Part shown: positions 16,722 through 24,266 of the stretch, piece after piece
How positions within the stretch are numbered: the first letter of the stretch is position 1
Layout: the number at the start of each line of letters is the position of its first letter
Assembly: GCF_000172995.2 (NCBI RefSeq)
Contig: NC_014729.1
Coordinates: 900,001 to 932,000 of the forward strand
DNA from: Halogeometricum borinquense DSM 11551
Lineage (GTDB): Archaea; Halobacteriota; Halobacteria; Halobacteriales; Haloferacaceae
Direction: 5' to 3'
Length of the DNA: 32,000 nucleotides
Translations under genes and position numbers: made by a program
The notes under the pieces: generated by a model
Databases searched by the model: none
What the model was told of the DNA's origin: nothing
What the model saw: only the letters and a program-made list of their open reading frames with translations

Positions 16722-17612
16722 TTACTCGGTCAGAATCTCACAGCCGTCTTCGGTGACGATGATCGTGTGTTCGGCCTGACTCACGAGTTCACCGTCGTCT
16801 TCCTTCAGGACGGGGTAGCCGTGCAGGACGTTCTGCTGTTTGAGACGCTGGATAGCGATATCAGCACGCGGGGCGTCGATCCACCGCGCGGCGAACGGGA
16901 GCGTCTTGTACTCGTCTTTGACCTGTTCGAGAACCTGTCGCGCCGAGCGGTTGCGGACCGACCGGTCGCGTTCGAGGCTGTAAATCTCCTCTTTTGCACC
17001 TTCGGTGACTTTGCCGGATCCCGTCGTGGCGAACGGTTCGATAGCGACCACGTCGCCGACTTCGAACTCGATGCCGCGTTCTGCGCCGCGGTTCGGAACG
17101 TTCGGACCCGTGTGGGCGTCCCACTGTTCGACGCCGTGCCCGGAGAGGTTCAGGACGGGCGTGTAGCCGTACCCGCGAATCACGTCTTCGATCTCCGCGC
17201 CGACGGCACCTGTCTGGACGCCGGGGGCGACGGCATCGAGGGCGGCGTCAAGCGCCTCCTCTGCGGCTTCTTTCAGTTCGGCGTTACCGGAGAGGTCCAC
17301 TGTGACCGCCGCGTCGGCGATGTAGCCGTCCACGTGGACGCCGCAGTCGAGACAGACCATGTCCTCGCCGAACTCGGTCTCGTCGTCGCGCCCCGGACTC
17401 GCGTGCGACGCTTCCTCGTTCACGCTGATGTTGACCGGGAACGCACAGCCGTCTGCGAGTTCGTAGATTCTGTCTTCGGCGTACTCGGCGACTTCCAAAT
17501 GCGTCACGCCCGGTTCGACCATCTCGGCCGTCTCGTCGAGAACCTGCCGGAGGATCTGTCCCGCCTCCCGGTATTTCTCGACCGTCTCCTCGTCGAGGGG
17601 TCCGATGCTCAT
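16722..17612 (-). CDS. map: Methionine aminopeptidase, type 2
   Basis: ATG at 17610-17612 (MSIGPLDEETVEKYREAG...). It has a pita-bread fold with metal ligands (DCGVHVDGYIAD, SGHGV, AIEPFAT, AEHTIIV). Confidence 0.93.
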   Translation of the reverse strand: MSIGPLDEETVEKYREAGQILRQVLDETAEMVEPGVTHLEVAEYAEDRIYELADGCAFPVNISVNEEASHASPGRDDETEFGEDMVCLDCGVHVDGYIADAAVTVDLSGNAELKEAAEEALDAALDAVAPGVQTGAVGAEIEDVIRGYGYTPVLNLSGHGVEQWDAHTGPNVPNRGAERGIEFEVGDVVAIEPFATTGSGKVTEGAKEEIYSLERDRSVRNRSARQVLEQVKDEYKTLPFAARWIDAPRADIAIQRLKQQNVLHGYPVLKEDDGELVSQAEHTIIVTEDGCEILTE

Positions 17613-17831
17613 GCCCTCTCGTTTGCGCGAGCGAATGAAAGAGGTTGCGGACCCCGCTCCGTCCGCCGAACACGGCGATTCGAGAGGGAACGCTGTGGGT
17701 GTTCGAGTCGGCTCTGACGCTGCGAGCAACCTGCACCGGACAGAGTTTCGATTCCTCGCGTGTCTATATACCGCACATACGCGCTCCTAGCAACGGTTTA
17801 TTAGCTTCGTACCATCCCGTCAGAGGAAACG

Positions 17832-18521
17832 ATGAGTCAGCCAAGGTTCGACGCGGACGTACCACACCGACGAATCGACGTGGACGACTGGGACGGCGTC
17901 TACGTCGTCGGCGACGTCCACGGATGCCGGGCGGAATTGGAGCAACTGCTTGACGAACTCGGCGTCACGGAGGACGATTTGGTCGTCTTCGTCGGCGACT
18001 TGGTCCGCAAGGGTCCCGACAGCGCAGGCGTCGTCTCGTTGGTTCGCAATGCGGACAACATGTTCACCGTCCGCGGCAACAACGAGGAAAAGCTCATCCG
18101 CGGGACGAAGGAACTCGATGCACTCTCCGGAGAGCAACTAGCGTGGATTCGGAACCTCCCCGTCGCCATCTCGTGGGAAGATTCGCTCGTTGTCCACGGC
18201 GGCGTGGACCCGCGGAAACCGTTGGCTGACCACACCATCGATGAGTTAGAGAACGTCCGAGCACTTTCCGATGCGGACGGCGAACCCTACTGGTGGGAAG
18301 TGTACCAAGGACCGTCCCGCGTTTTCTTCGGCCATACGCCGCTGTCTGCCCCTGTCGCCCGTCGTCACGCCGTCGGACTCGACACCGGGTGCGTCTACGG
18401 CAACGAACTCACCGCTTACGACTGGCGCGAGGACGAGTTCGTCACCGTCGCTCCCGATAAGACGGTACAAGAACGCGCGGAGTCCAAGTGGGTCAAACCG
18501 GTCGTCGTCCCGATGCAGTGA
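17832..18521 (+). CDS. Metallophosphoesterase, ApaH/PrpA-like Ser/Thr phosphatase or diadenosine tetraphosphatase family
   Basis: PPP-family motifs GDVHGC, GDLVRKGPDS, GNNE, VHGG and GHT. A GGTTTATTAGC box lies about 30 nt upstream of the ATG. Confidence 0.86.
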   Translation: MSQPRFDADVPHRRIDVDDWDGVYVVGDVHGCRAELEQLLDELGVTEDDLVVFVGDLVRKGPDSAGVVSLVRNADNMFTVRGNNEEKLIRGTKELDALSGEQLAWIRNLPVAISWEDSLVVHGGVDPRKPLADHTIDELENVRALSDADGEPYWWEVYQGPSRVFFGHTPLSAPVARRHAVGLDTGCVYGNELTAYDWREDEFVTVAPDKTVQERAESKWVKPVVVPMQ

Positions 18522-18582
18522 ACGGTGTTGTGAGATAACGCACCTGCCGTTCGTTTGTGCCTGTTTGTGAGTGAGACCAGTC

Positions 18583-19347
18583 CTACGCGGCGTTTGCCTC
18601 GGGAGACGCATCGGCATCGTCTTCGTCGAGGAGCAACACGGTGTACTGCCCCGAAAGCCACGCGAGACCGTTCAGGATGTTCAACGTCACGATACCGAGG
18701 ATCACGCCGAGTCCGGCAACAGCAAGCGCCTCCGAGAGCGTCGTCACCTGCCACGAGGTGAGTCGGAAAGCGGTACGGACGCCGACAAGGAGACCGTCCC
18801 AGCCGAGGAGCATCTGGGGTCTGAAGACGGCCGGTTCGGAGGTGACGATGCCGACGTACACGCCCGGTTGGTCGTAGACGAACGGGATCATGAGAAACGA
18901 GACGGCCGTCGTGAGAAGCGACATAATGGCGGTAAAGGAGATAAGTCCCAAGATGAGTTTGCTGGCCAGATAGAAGACCGCCTTCCACGTCCGCTGGCTG
19001 ACGACGAGTTGTTTCACTCGTTCGACGAGCGGGCCGTCGCTGGATGTCGTCGGTGAACGAACCGAGACGCCCAACAGGAGCGTCGCTAGTTTCCGTTCGA
19101 CGGAAGCGAGACCGAGCGCGGCCGCGAGGACGAACAGGAGGATTGGGATCCCGATGACGACGAACGTGAGACTGACGCCGACGCTAAAGCCGATAGAGAA
19201 GAACAGAAAGTAGAGCAGACCGAGCGGAAACGCCAGTGAGAGATACAGCAGATTCCGGTACGTTTGGAGCCGCAGTGGCGCGGTAACCGCTGACCGGACA
19301 GAAAGCGTCGGCCCAACTGACGCGCCGGAAAGAGCGTCGCTTAACAT
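18583..19347 (-). CDS. Sensor-like polytopic membrane protein, paralog A (resembles the putative-sensor TM domain family; to be verified)
   Basis: ATG at 19345-19347 with a GTTTATTT box about 30 nt upstream. It shares the blocks LRLQTYRNLLYLSLAFPLGLLYF, VVIGIPILL and LASVERKLA with the ORF at 20608-21282. About 6 TM helices and an acidic tail. Confidence 0.72.
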   Translation of the reverse strand: MLSDALSGASVGPTLSVRSAVTAPLRLQTYRNLLYLSLAFPLGLLYFLFFSIGFSVGVSLTFVVIGIPILLFVLAAALGLASVERKLATLLLGVSVRSPTTSSDGPLVERVKQLVVSQRTWKAVFYLASKLILGLISFTAIMSLLTTAVSFLMIPFVYDQPGVYVGIVTSEPAVFRPQMLLGWDGLLVGVRTAFRLTSWQVTTLSEALAVAGLGVILGIVTLNILNGLAWLSGQYTVLLLDEDDADASPEANAA

Positions 19348-19553
19348 GGTTTACGAGTGACACTCTCGCCGGGAGAAATAAACGTTCCGCGCAGTCGCTG
19401 AGCGAGAAAGTGACCGAACACTGTTACAGAGAGCGGCGTCAATGCCCCTGACGGAGCCGGATACGTGTGGAACATCAGCAGCCGCCATCGCTGCCAAATC
19501 AGCCATCGTCACTCTCTCAGCCGTCGTCGTGAGTTGCGTCCGAGGTGTACAGG

Positions 19554-19560
19554 TTTTTAT
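19554..19560 (+). promoter_or_regulatory. TATA-like box (TTTTTAT) for a leaderless wHTH operon transcript
   Basis: The box is centred about 28 nt upstream of the ATG at 19585, which is the usual haloarchaeal TATA-to-TSS spacing. Confidence 0.45.
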
Positions 19561-19584
19561 CGAATGACAGGAAAGCAGGAATCG

Positions 19585-19950
19585 ATGAGTACGGGCGACC
19601 GGGACACGGACGAGGAACTCGTAAGTCTCCTCGACGACCGGTACGCCCGCGAAATACTGGTCGAGACCCGTGAGGAACCACGGTCGGCCGACGCACTCAG
19701 CGAGGCGTGTGACGCGTCAGCTTCGACCATATACCGTCGCATCGAACGACTCCGCAAGCACGACCTGTTGGAGGGACAGCAGCGACTCGACCCGGACGGA
19801 CACCATTACGAGGTGTACGCCGCACGCCTCCGCAAGGTTACGATTGAACTGACGCCCGACGGGTTCACCGTGACGGTCGATTGCGAGGAGGACGAGGAAA
19901 CGGCCGCAGATCGGTTCACAAGCCTGTACGAGGAGTTGTCCGGAACATGA
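19585..19950 (+). CDS. Winged helix-turn-helix transcriptional regulator (ArsR/PadR-like, haloarchaeal type)
   Basis: ATG at 19585 (an alternative ATG is at 19564; the track start is a GTG at 19465). LLDDRYAREILVETREEPRSADALSEACDASASTIYRRIERLRKHDLL forms the HTH, followed by a wing and an acidic C-terminal domain. The stop overlaps the next start (ATGA). Confidence 0.78.
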   Translation: MSTGDRDTDEELVSLLDDRYAREILVETREEPRSADALSEACDASASTIYRRIERLRKHDLLEGQQRLDPDGHHYEVYAARLRKVTIELTPDGFTVTVDCEEDEETAADRFTSLYEELSGT

Positions 19951-20252
19951 TAGGCCAAGTGTCGGTAACGGGCGGGTCAGCTCCGGTGGTTCTCTCCGTC
20001 TTTACCCTGTTTGCAGCCTCGCTCGTCCTCTCGGTGTTGGTGACGTATCGCTTCGCACGCGGCTACCTCCGGACGGGAACTCGTCCGCTGTTACAACTGG
20101 CCGTTGGGATGCTCCTGCTTGCGGTGGTCCCGATACTTCTCAGAGTCTCTCTGACGACCGCTGGTATCGATTCGAATATGCGCATTCTCGCAACGAGCGT
20201 CAGCGAGTTGTTCGGTCTCCTGACTATCCTGTACACGATTTACGACCAATGA
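19947..20252 (+). CDS. Small 3-TM membrane protein, first of two tandem paralogs
   Basis: The ATG at 19947 overlaps the regulator's TGA (ATGA). After TM1 comes the motif TYRFARGYLRTG. The product is hydrophobic, about 100 aa. Confidence 0.7.
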   Translation: MIGQVSVTGGSAPVVLSVFTLFAASLVLSVLVTYRFARGYLRTGTRPLLQLAVGMLLLAVVPILLRVSLTTAGIDSNMRILATSVSELFGLLTILYTIYDQ

Positions 20253-20518
20253 CAATAGCCGTACTCTCCACCGTCACGACCGCACTCACCGTCGTCGTCG
20301 GCGTGTTCGTCGCGTCGCTGGCCTACCGCGGCTACCGTCGCAACGACAGCGAGACGATGCGTGCGCTCGTCGTCGGTATCGTCCTCATCGCTGTCGTTCC
20401 CGGTCTCGCCACGACCGGTCTGCCGGCCGTCGTGGAGGTAAACGACGCGGGAGTCCTCCTTGTCGCCCTTCTATCGCACACGCTTGGCCTCGTCGCAATC
20501 TATCGTTCGCTGGACTAA
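20249..20518 (+). CDS. Small 3-TM membrane protein, second of two tandem paralogs
   Basis: The ATG at 20249 overlaps the previous TGA (ATGA). After TM1 comes the motif AYRGYRRNDS, matching the position of the TYRFARGY motif in the preceding protein. Confidence 0.7.
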   Translation: MTIAVLSTVTTALTVVVGVFVASLAYRGYRRNDSETMRALVVGIVLIAVVPGLATTGLPAVVEVNDAGVLLVALLSHTLGLVAIYRSLD

Positions 20519-20521
20519 TCG

Positions 20522-20535
20522 TATTTATATTTTTA
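20522..20535 (+). promoter_or_regulatory. AT-rich element TATTTATATTTTTA (oligo-T terminator for the operon and/or TATA box for the next gene)
   Basis: This is the only strongly AT-rich run in the locus. It lies 4 nt after the stop at 20518 and about 75 nt upstream of the ATG at 20608. Confidence 0.4.
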
Positions 20536-20607
20536 GACGAGTTGCCCGCCCGGCGAGTCGTCGGGAGTGTATACCACCTTCTTGACCGATGTATCGAGTA
20601 GAGGCAG

Positions 20608-21282
20608 ATGACAGACACAGCATCTTCCACCGACAAAGGACTGATACGCCGATTTTTCGGCGTTCCGTTCCGCGTACAGACGTACAAGAACCTGGTGTAT
20701 CTCGCGCTCGGCTTCCCGTTCGGACTCGTCTCGTTCGTCACGTTGACATCCGGACTGACTGCCGGAGCGGGGCTTTCGGTAACGCTCATCGGCATTCCCA
20801 TTCTTTTGGCGACCATCGCCGCGGGAACTGCCTTGGCGAGCGTCGAGGCCGGACTGACTCGCGCCCTTGTCGGCGTGAACGCGTCGCCGCCTAAGGCTGC
20901 CGCTGCTGTCTCGAACGGAACCGCGTCCGATGACGATATCATGGCGGCGATCAAGCGGTTCCTCGCCGAGCCGTCGACATGGACGAGCCTCCTCGTCGCC
21001 TTCCTGTGGTTCATCTTCGGACTCGTCGGATTCGTCGCCCTGACGACGCTCTCGTCGCTGTCCCTCTCGATGCTCGGTGCGCCCGTACTCCACCTCTTCG
21101 CGCCGGGCGTGGATATGATGGTCGGCCCGTACGTCGTCGATACGCTGTCGGAGTCGGCCGCACTCACCGCCGTCGGTATCCCCCTGACGCTCGTCTCCCT
21201 CCACGCATTGAACGCGCTCGCGTACGCCTTCGGTCGTATCACGGCCTCGCTTCTCAACGTGGGCCAAACGGCCGAGAACTGA
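20608..21282 (+). CDS. Sensor-like polytopic membrane protein, paralog B
   Basis: ATG at 20608. The blocks FRVQTYKNLVYLALGFPFGLVSF, TLIGIPILL and LASVEAGLT are shared with 18583-19347. About 6 TM helices. Confidence 0.72.
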   Translation: MTDTASSTDKGLIRRFFGVPFRVQTYKNLVYLALGFPFGLVSFVTLTSGLTAGAGLSVTLIGIPILLATIAAGTALASVEAGLTRALVGVNASPPKAAAAVSNGTASDDDIMAAIKRFLAEPSTWTSLLVAFLWFIFGLVGFVALTTLSSLSLSMLGAPVLHLFAPGVDMMVGPYVVDTLSESAALTAVGIPLTLVSLHALNALAYAFGRITASLLNVGQTAEN

Positions 21283-21352
21283 TCTCCCGGTTCAGTTGCG
21301 TACCGCAGAAGAGTGATTTTGACGACCGACGACCGAGTTTCAGAACAATCGT

Positions 21353-22504
21353 CTACGAGATTTTCACGTCGCCGTTTTCCGACTGGACGCGGAGCGTCGG
21401 ACCACCGTCACCGACGGTACCCGACACGTGTTCGTCCGAGACTTCTGAGTCGTCGAGCGTCGCAGAGACGGATACGTCGCCGTGAGCGGTCTTCCCGACG
21501 ACGCGGGCGTTGAGTGACTCACCGAGCGACGCCCGGGCATCACCGTTTTCCGTCTCGATACGGGTATCAGACCGCAGGGCGGAGACCTCGGCGTCTACAT
21601 CCCCGTTCTTCGAGCTCACACCGAGGATACCGTCGCACGACTCCGTTCGCGCGTCCCCGTCCGTCGTGTGGACCCGAACGAATCCCTTGACACCGATGGC
21701 AGTCGCATCGCCGTCCTCGGTTCGAACATCGGCGTCTCCTGTCGTCTTGCGGGCGGTGGCGTCGCCGTCCTTGGTTCGAACATCGGCGTCCCCTGTCGTC
21801 TTGCGGGCGGTGGCGTCGCCGTCCTTGGTTCGAACGACGACGTTACCCGTCGTTTCGTGGGCCATCGCATCGCCGTCCTCGGTTCGAACATCGGCGTCTC
21901 CTGTTGTCTTGCGGGCGGTGGCGTCGCCGTCCTTGGTTCGAACGACGACGTTACCCGTCGTTTCGCGGGCCGTCGCATCGCCGTCCTCGGTTCGAACGAC
22001 GAGGGACTCGCTCGAATCCGAGTCGGAGCGACTCCCGGGTCCGACGAGGTCCTCCACGAGCACGTCACCGTTCTCCACTCGCGCCGATTCGACAACGATG
22101 GACGGATGGGCTTCGACCCGAAGTTGGACCGTCGGCAACGACCACAGTCTGATTCCGTCCTCGGTCTGGGTTCGCACGGTAGCCCGACCCTCTTCCGCCG
22201 TTGCTGAGAACGCCACCGCAGAGAGCGAACTGAGTATCGAGGACGACTTCTTTTCGACGTGCGCCCGAACGGTCCGCTCAGAAAGGTCGTCGTTCGGCGT
22301 GACCGTCACGTTACCGACATCGGCGGCAACCACTACTGATTGTACGTCCGTCAGGGTCTTTTCGTCCGTATCTCGCTTGCCGACGAACGGCCTTACTTTA
22401 CCGGTACAGCCCGACAGTCCGCCGATTCCGATAGCAGCAGCCGATAGAAATGCGCGGCGGCGGAGGGAGGGACTGCGAGAAACGTCAGTGGTAGCGTCGT
22501 CCAT
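21353..22504 (-). CDS. Tat-dependent lipoprotein with repetitive beta-helix-like domain (DUF4097 / putative adhesin-like)
   Basis: ATG at 22502-22504. Twin-arginine motif SLRRRAFLSAAAIG followed by a lipobox LSGC. The rest consists of repeated rungs of the type VRTxDGDATARxTTGD, ending GDVSVS...NGDVKIS. An ATATAATAC box lies about 75-85 nt upstream on the minus strand. Confidence 0.78.
   Translation of the reverse strand: MDDATTDVSRSPSLRRRAFLSAAAIGIGGLSGCTGKVRPFVGKRDTDEKTLTDVQSVVVAADVGNVTVTPNDDLSERTVRAHVEKKSSSILSSLSAVAFSATAEEGRATVRTQTEDGIRLWSLPTVQLRVEAHPSIVVESARVENGDVLVEDLVGPGSRSDSDSSESLVVRTEDGDATARETTGNVVVRTKDGDATARKTTGDADVRTEDGDAMAHETTGNVVVRTKDGDATARKTTGDADVRTKDGDATARKTTGDADVRTEDGDATAIGVKGFVRVHTTDGDARTESCDGILGVSSKNGDVDAEVSALRSDTRIETENGDARASLGESLNARVVGKTAHGDVSVSATLDDSEVSDEHVSGTVGDGGPTLRVQSENGDVKIS
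21702..21997 (-). repeat. In-frame tandem repeat: 54-nt unit x about 5.5, organised as a 108-nt higher-order repeat
   Basis: Units start at 21702, 21756, 21810, 21864 and 21918, plus a partial sixth. Units 21810-21863 and 21918-21971 differ at a single base by my reading (21858 t versus 21966 c). Each unit encodes an 18-aa rung. Confidence 0.9.
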
Positions 22505-22598
22505 ACCGACTGTATCTTGTCGAAGTGTCACTTCAATATCCCCCGTTCGTTGCTGATTGGACGACCGACCCCCACGTATTATATGGGAGAAACTGCGC

Positions 22599-23246
22599 TC
22601 AGGGGAGTACCGATGCAACGAGTGTTCGCAGATACTCGATTTCTTCGGGGAAAATGCCGTGTCCACGGCCCTCGTACAGATCGAACCTCGTGTCGGCGTC
22701 CATCCGGTCGAACGCCGCGATGGTTTCCTCCGCACGCGATTGGGGCACGTGCGGGTCGTCGTCGCTCACGCCGAGGAAGACCGGTGTGCCCGCCATCGAT
22801 CCCTCGAAGTCGAATGCCGCTCCCTCAGGTCCGACGAATCCGCCCGAGAGAAGGACAACACCGCCGTAGCGACTTGGGTGCTGCGCCACGTACGAGGAGG
22901 CGAGACAGGCACCCTGCGAGAAGCCGACGAAGATGATCTTCTCGTCGTCGAGGCCAGTCGTCTCGCGCGCCTGTTCGACTGCCCGATTGAGATGCAACAG
23001 CGCCGACTGGTAGTGCGGTTGGTTCGACTCGGTCGGTGCCATAAACGAGTTCGGGTACCACGTTCCGCGCTGGGCCTGTGGAGCGACGTAGTGGACACCG
23101 TCATCGTGGAACTCATCTGCAAATGCTAGCATTCCGCGCGCTGTCGCACCGCGGCCGTGGACGAGAACGACGACGGCTTCGGCGTCTTCTGGCTCTGTGC
23201 CCCCAGTCAGAATCGGCTGGTCAGCGTGTGGATCAGCGGCCGACAT
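22599..23246 (-). CDS. Phospholipase/carboxylesterase-family alpha/beta hydrolase
   Basis: The ATG at 23244-23246 shares one base with the upstream TGA. Nucleophile elbow GFSQGA. VVLVHGRGAT and the C-terminal GRGHGI motif are present. Confidence 0.85.
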   Translation of the reverse strand: MSAADPHADQPILTGGTEPEDAEAVVVLVHGRGATARGMLAFADEFHDDGVHYVAPQAQRGTWYPNSFMAPTESNQPHYQSALLHLNRAVEQARETTGLDDEKIIFVGFSQGACLASSYVAQHPSRYGGVVLLSGGFVGPEGAAFDFEGSMAGTPVFLGVSDDDPHVPQSRAEETIAAFDRMDADTRFDLYEGRGHGIFPEEIEYLRTLVASVLP

Positions 23247-24184
23247 CAGTTGGACACCTCTCCGGCGACGGCATCGAGTGGTGGCAGGTGCGCCGCAATC
23301 TCCTCGCGGTCGTCCGCCAACCACGGGGGAAGTTTGAGTTCGGAGCCGAGCGATTCGACCGACTCGTCGGCGGTGAATCCGGGCCCGTCGGTGGCTATCT
23401 CGAACAGCACGCCCCCGGGTTCGCGGAAGTAGATCGACTCGAAGTACTGCCGGTCTTTCTGCTGTGTGACGTACTGCCCCGCCGCAGTGAGTTTTTCGCG
23501 CCATTCCATCTGCGTCTCCGTGTCGGGCGCGCGAAACGCGACGTGGTGAACCGTCCCGGTACCGGGGCGGCCGCGAGGCGGTTCCCGTTTCAGCAGGTCT
23601 ACGACGGTTGCTCTGTCGCCGTGGGCGACGTAGCGCACGCGGTCGTCCGCTTCGTCGCCGCGTTCGAATCCGAGGAGTTCGAGGACGCGACCCGTCGCAT
23701 CGGGGGCTTTAGATTGGAGCGTCACGCCGAAGAACCCGCGAATCGCGGCCGCTTCGGGAACTGGGCCGCCTACCCACGGTTCGATATCCGTCTTCCCTTC
23801 GATCAGTTCGAGCGGCTGACCGTCGTCGTCCTCGAACGGGAGCACCTCCGCACCGAATCGGTCTTCGACTTCGCCGACGGTCACATCGTGATCGGCGAAT
23901 CGCTCCCGCCAGTAGTCAAGGCTCCCTTCGGGGACGGCAAACGACGTTGCGACTGCCTGTCCACGGCCGGGACGACCGGGGCGGCCTTCTCCGAACGGGA
24001 AGAACGTCAGAGCGGTTCCGGGCGACCCCGTCTCGTCACCGTAATAGAGGTGATACGTGTGCGGGTCGTCGAAGTTGACTGTGCGCTTGACGAGGCGAAG
24101 TCCGAGAACGTCAGTGTAGAATCGGACGTTCTCGTTCGGATCGTCCGCAATCGCGGTGACGTGGTGGATTCCTGTTGTGTTCAT
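23246..24184 (-). CDS. VOC/glyoxalase-family ring-cleaving dioxygenase (MhqO/MhqE-like)
   Basis: ATG at 24182-24184 (MNTTGIHHVTAIADDPNENVRFYTDVLGLRLVKRTVNFDDPHTYHLYYGD). A second VOC module contains VHHVAFR. Confidence 0.85.
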   Translation of the reverse strand: MNTTGIHHVTAIADDPNENVRFYTDVLGLRLVKRTVNFDDPHTYHLYYGDETGSPGTALTFFPFGEGRPGRPGRGQAVATSFAVPEGSLDYWRERFADHDVTVGEVEDRFGAEVLPFEDDDGQPLELIEGKTDIEPWVGGPVPEAAAIRGFFGVTLQSKAPDATGRVLELLGFERGDEADDRVRYVAHGDRATVVDLLKREPPRGRPGTGTVHHVAFRAPDTETQMEWREKLTAAGQYVTQQKDRQYFESIYFREPGGVLFEIATDGPGFTADESVESLGSELKLPPWLADDREEIAAHLPPLDAVAGEVSN

Positions 24185-24248
24185 CGTGATCGAGGACTGG
24201 CGCGTTGCCAGTTTCACTCTGATACTTAGTACGGAACCGAAACCATAT

Positions 24249-24266
24249 GTACGTTCCCGGACGTAC
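24249..24266. promoter_or_regulatory. Inverted repeat GTACGT-N6-ACGTAC in the divergent promoter region (candidate HxlR operator)
   Basis: Perfect 6-bp arms. Additional GTACG-containing copies lie at 24230-24238 and 24262-24269. The element sits between the dioxygenase start (24184) and the regulator start (24286). Confidence 0.35.

Noticed and set aside
16767-17717. 316-aa plus-strand ORF
   Set aside because: It lies antisense to methionine aminopeptidase. The composition is V/R/F/D-rich and no family signature is present.
20385-21267. 290-aa and 244-aa minus-strand ORFs
   Set aside because: They lie antisense to sensor-like paralog B, whose frame is supported by its homology to paralog A. 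They are Arg/Ser/Glu-rich with no TM or domain features.
21702-21997. Regularly spaced repeats as a possible CRISPR array
   Set aside because: The units are contiguous with no spacers. The period is 54 nt, in-frame within a long ORF, and encodes a repeated protein rung. No cas genes are nearby.
21510-22556. 348-aa plus-strand ORF (Ser/Pro/Thr/Arg-rich)
   Set aside because: It lies antisense to the Tat-lipoprotein gene, has low-complexity basic composition, and simply mirrors the repeat array.
23078-24229. 383-aa plus-strand ORF
   Set aside because: It lies antisense to the VOC dioxygenase and carboxylesterase genes, which have clear family motifs. It is Arg/Val/Gly-rich with no motif.
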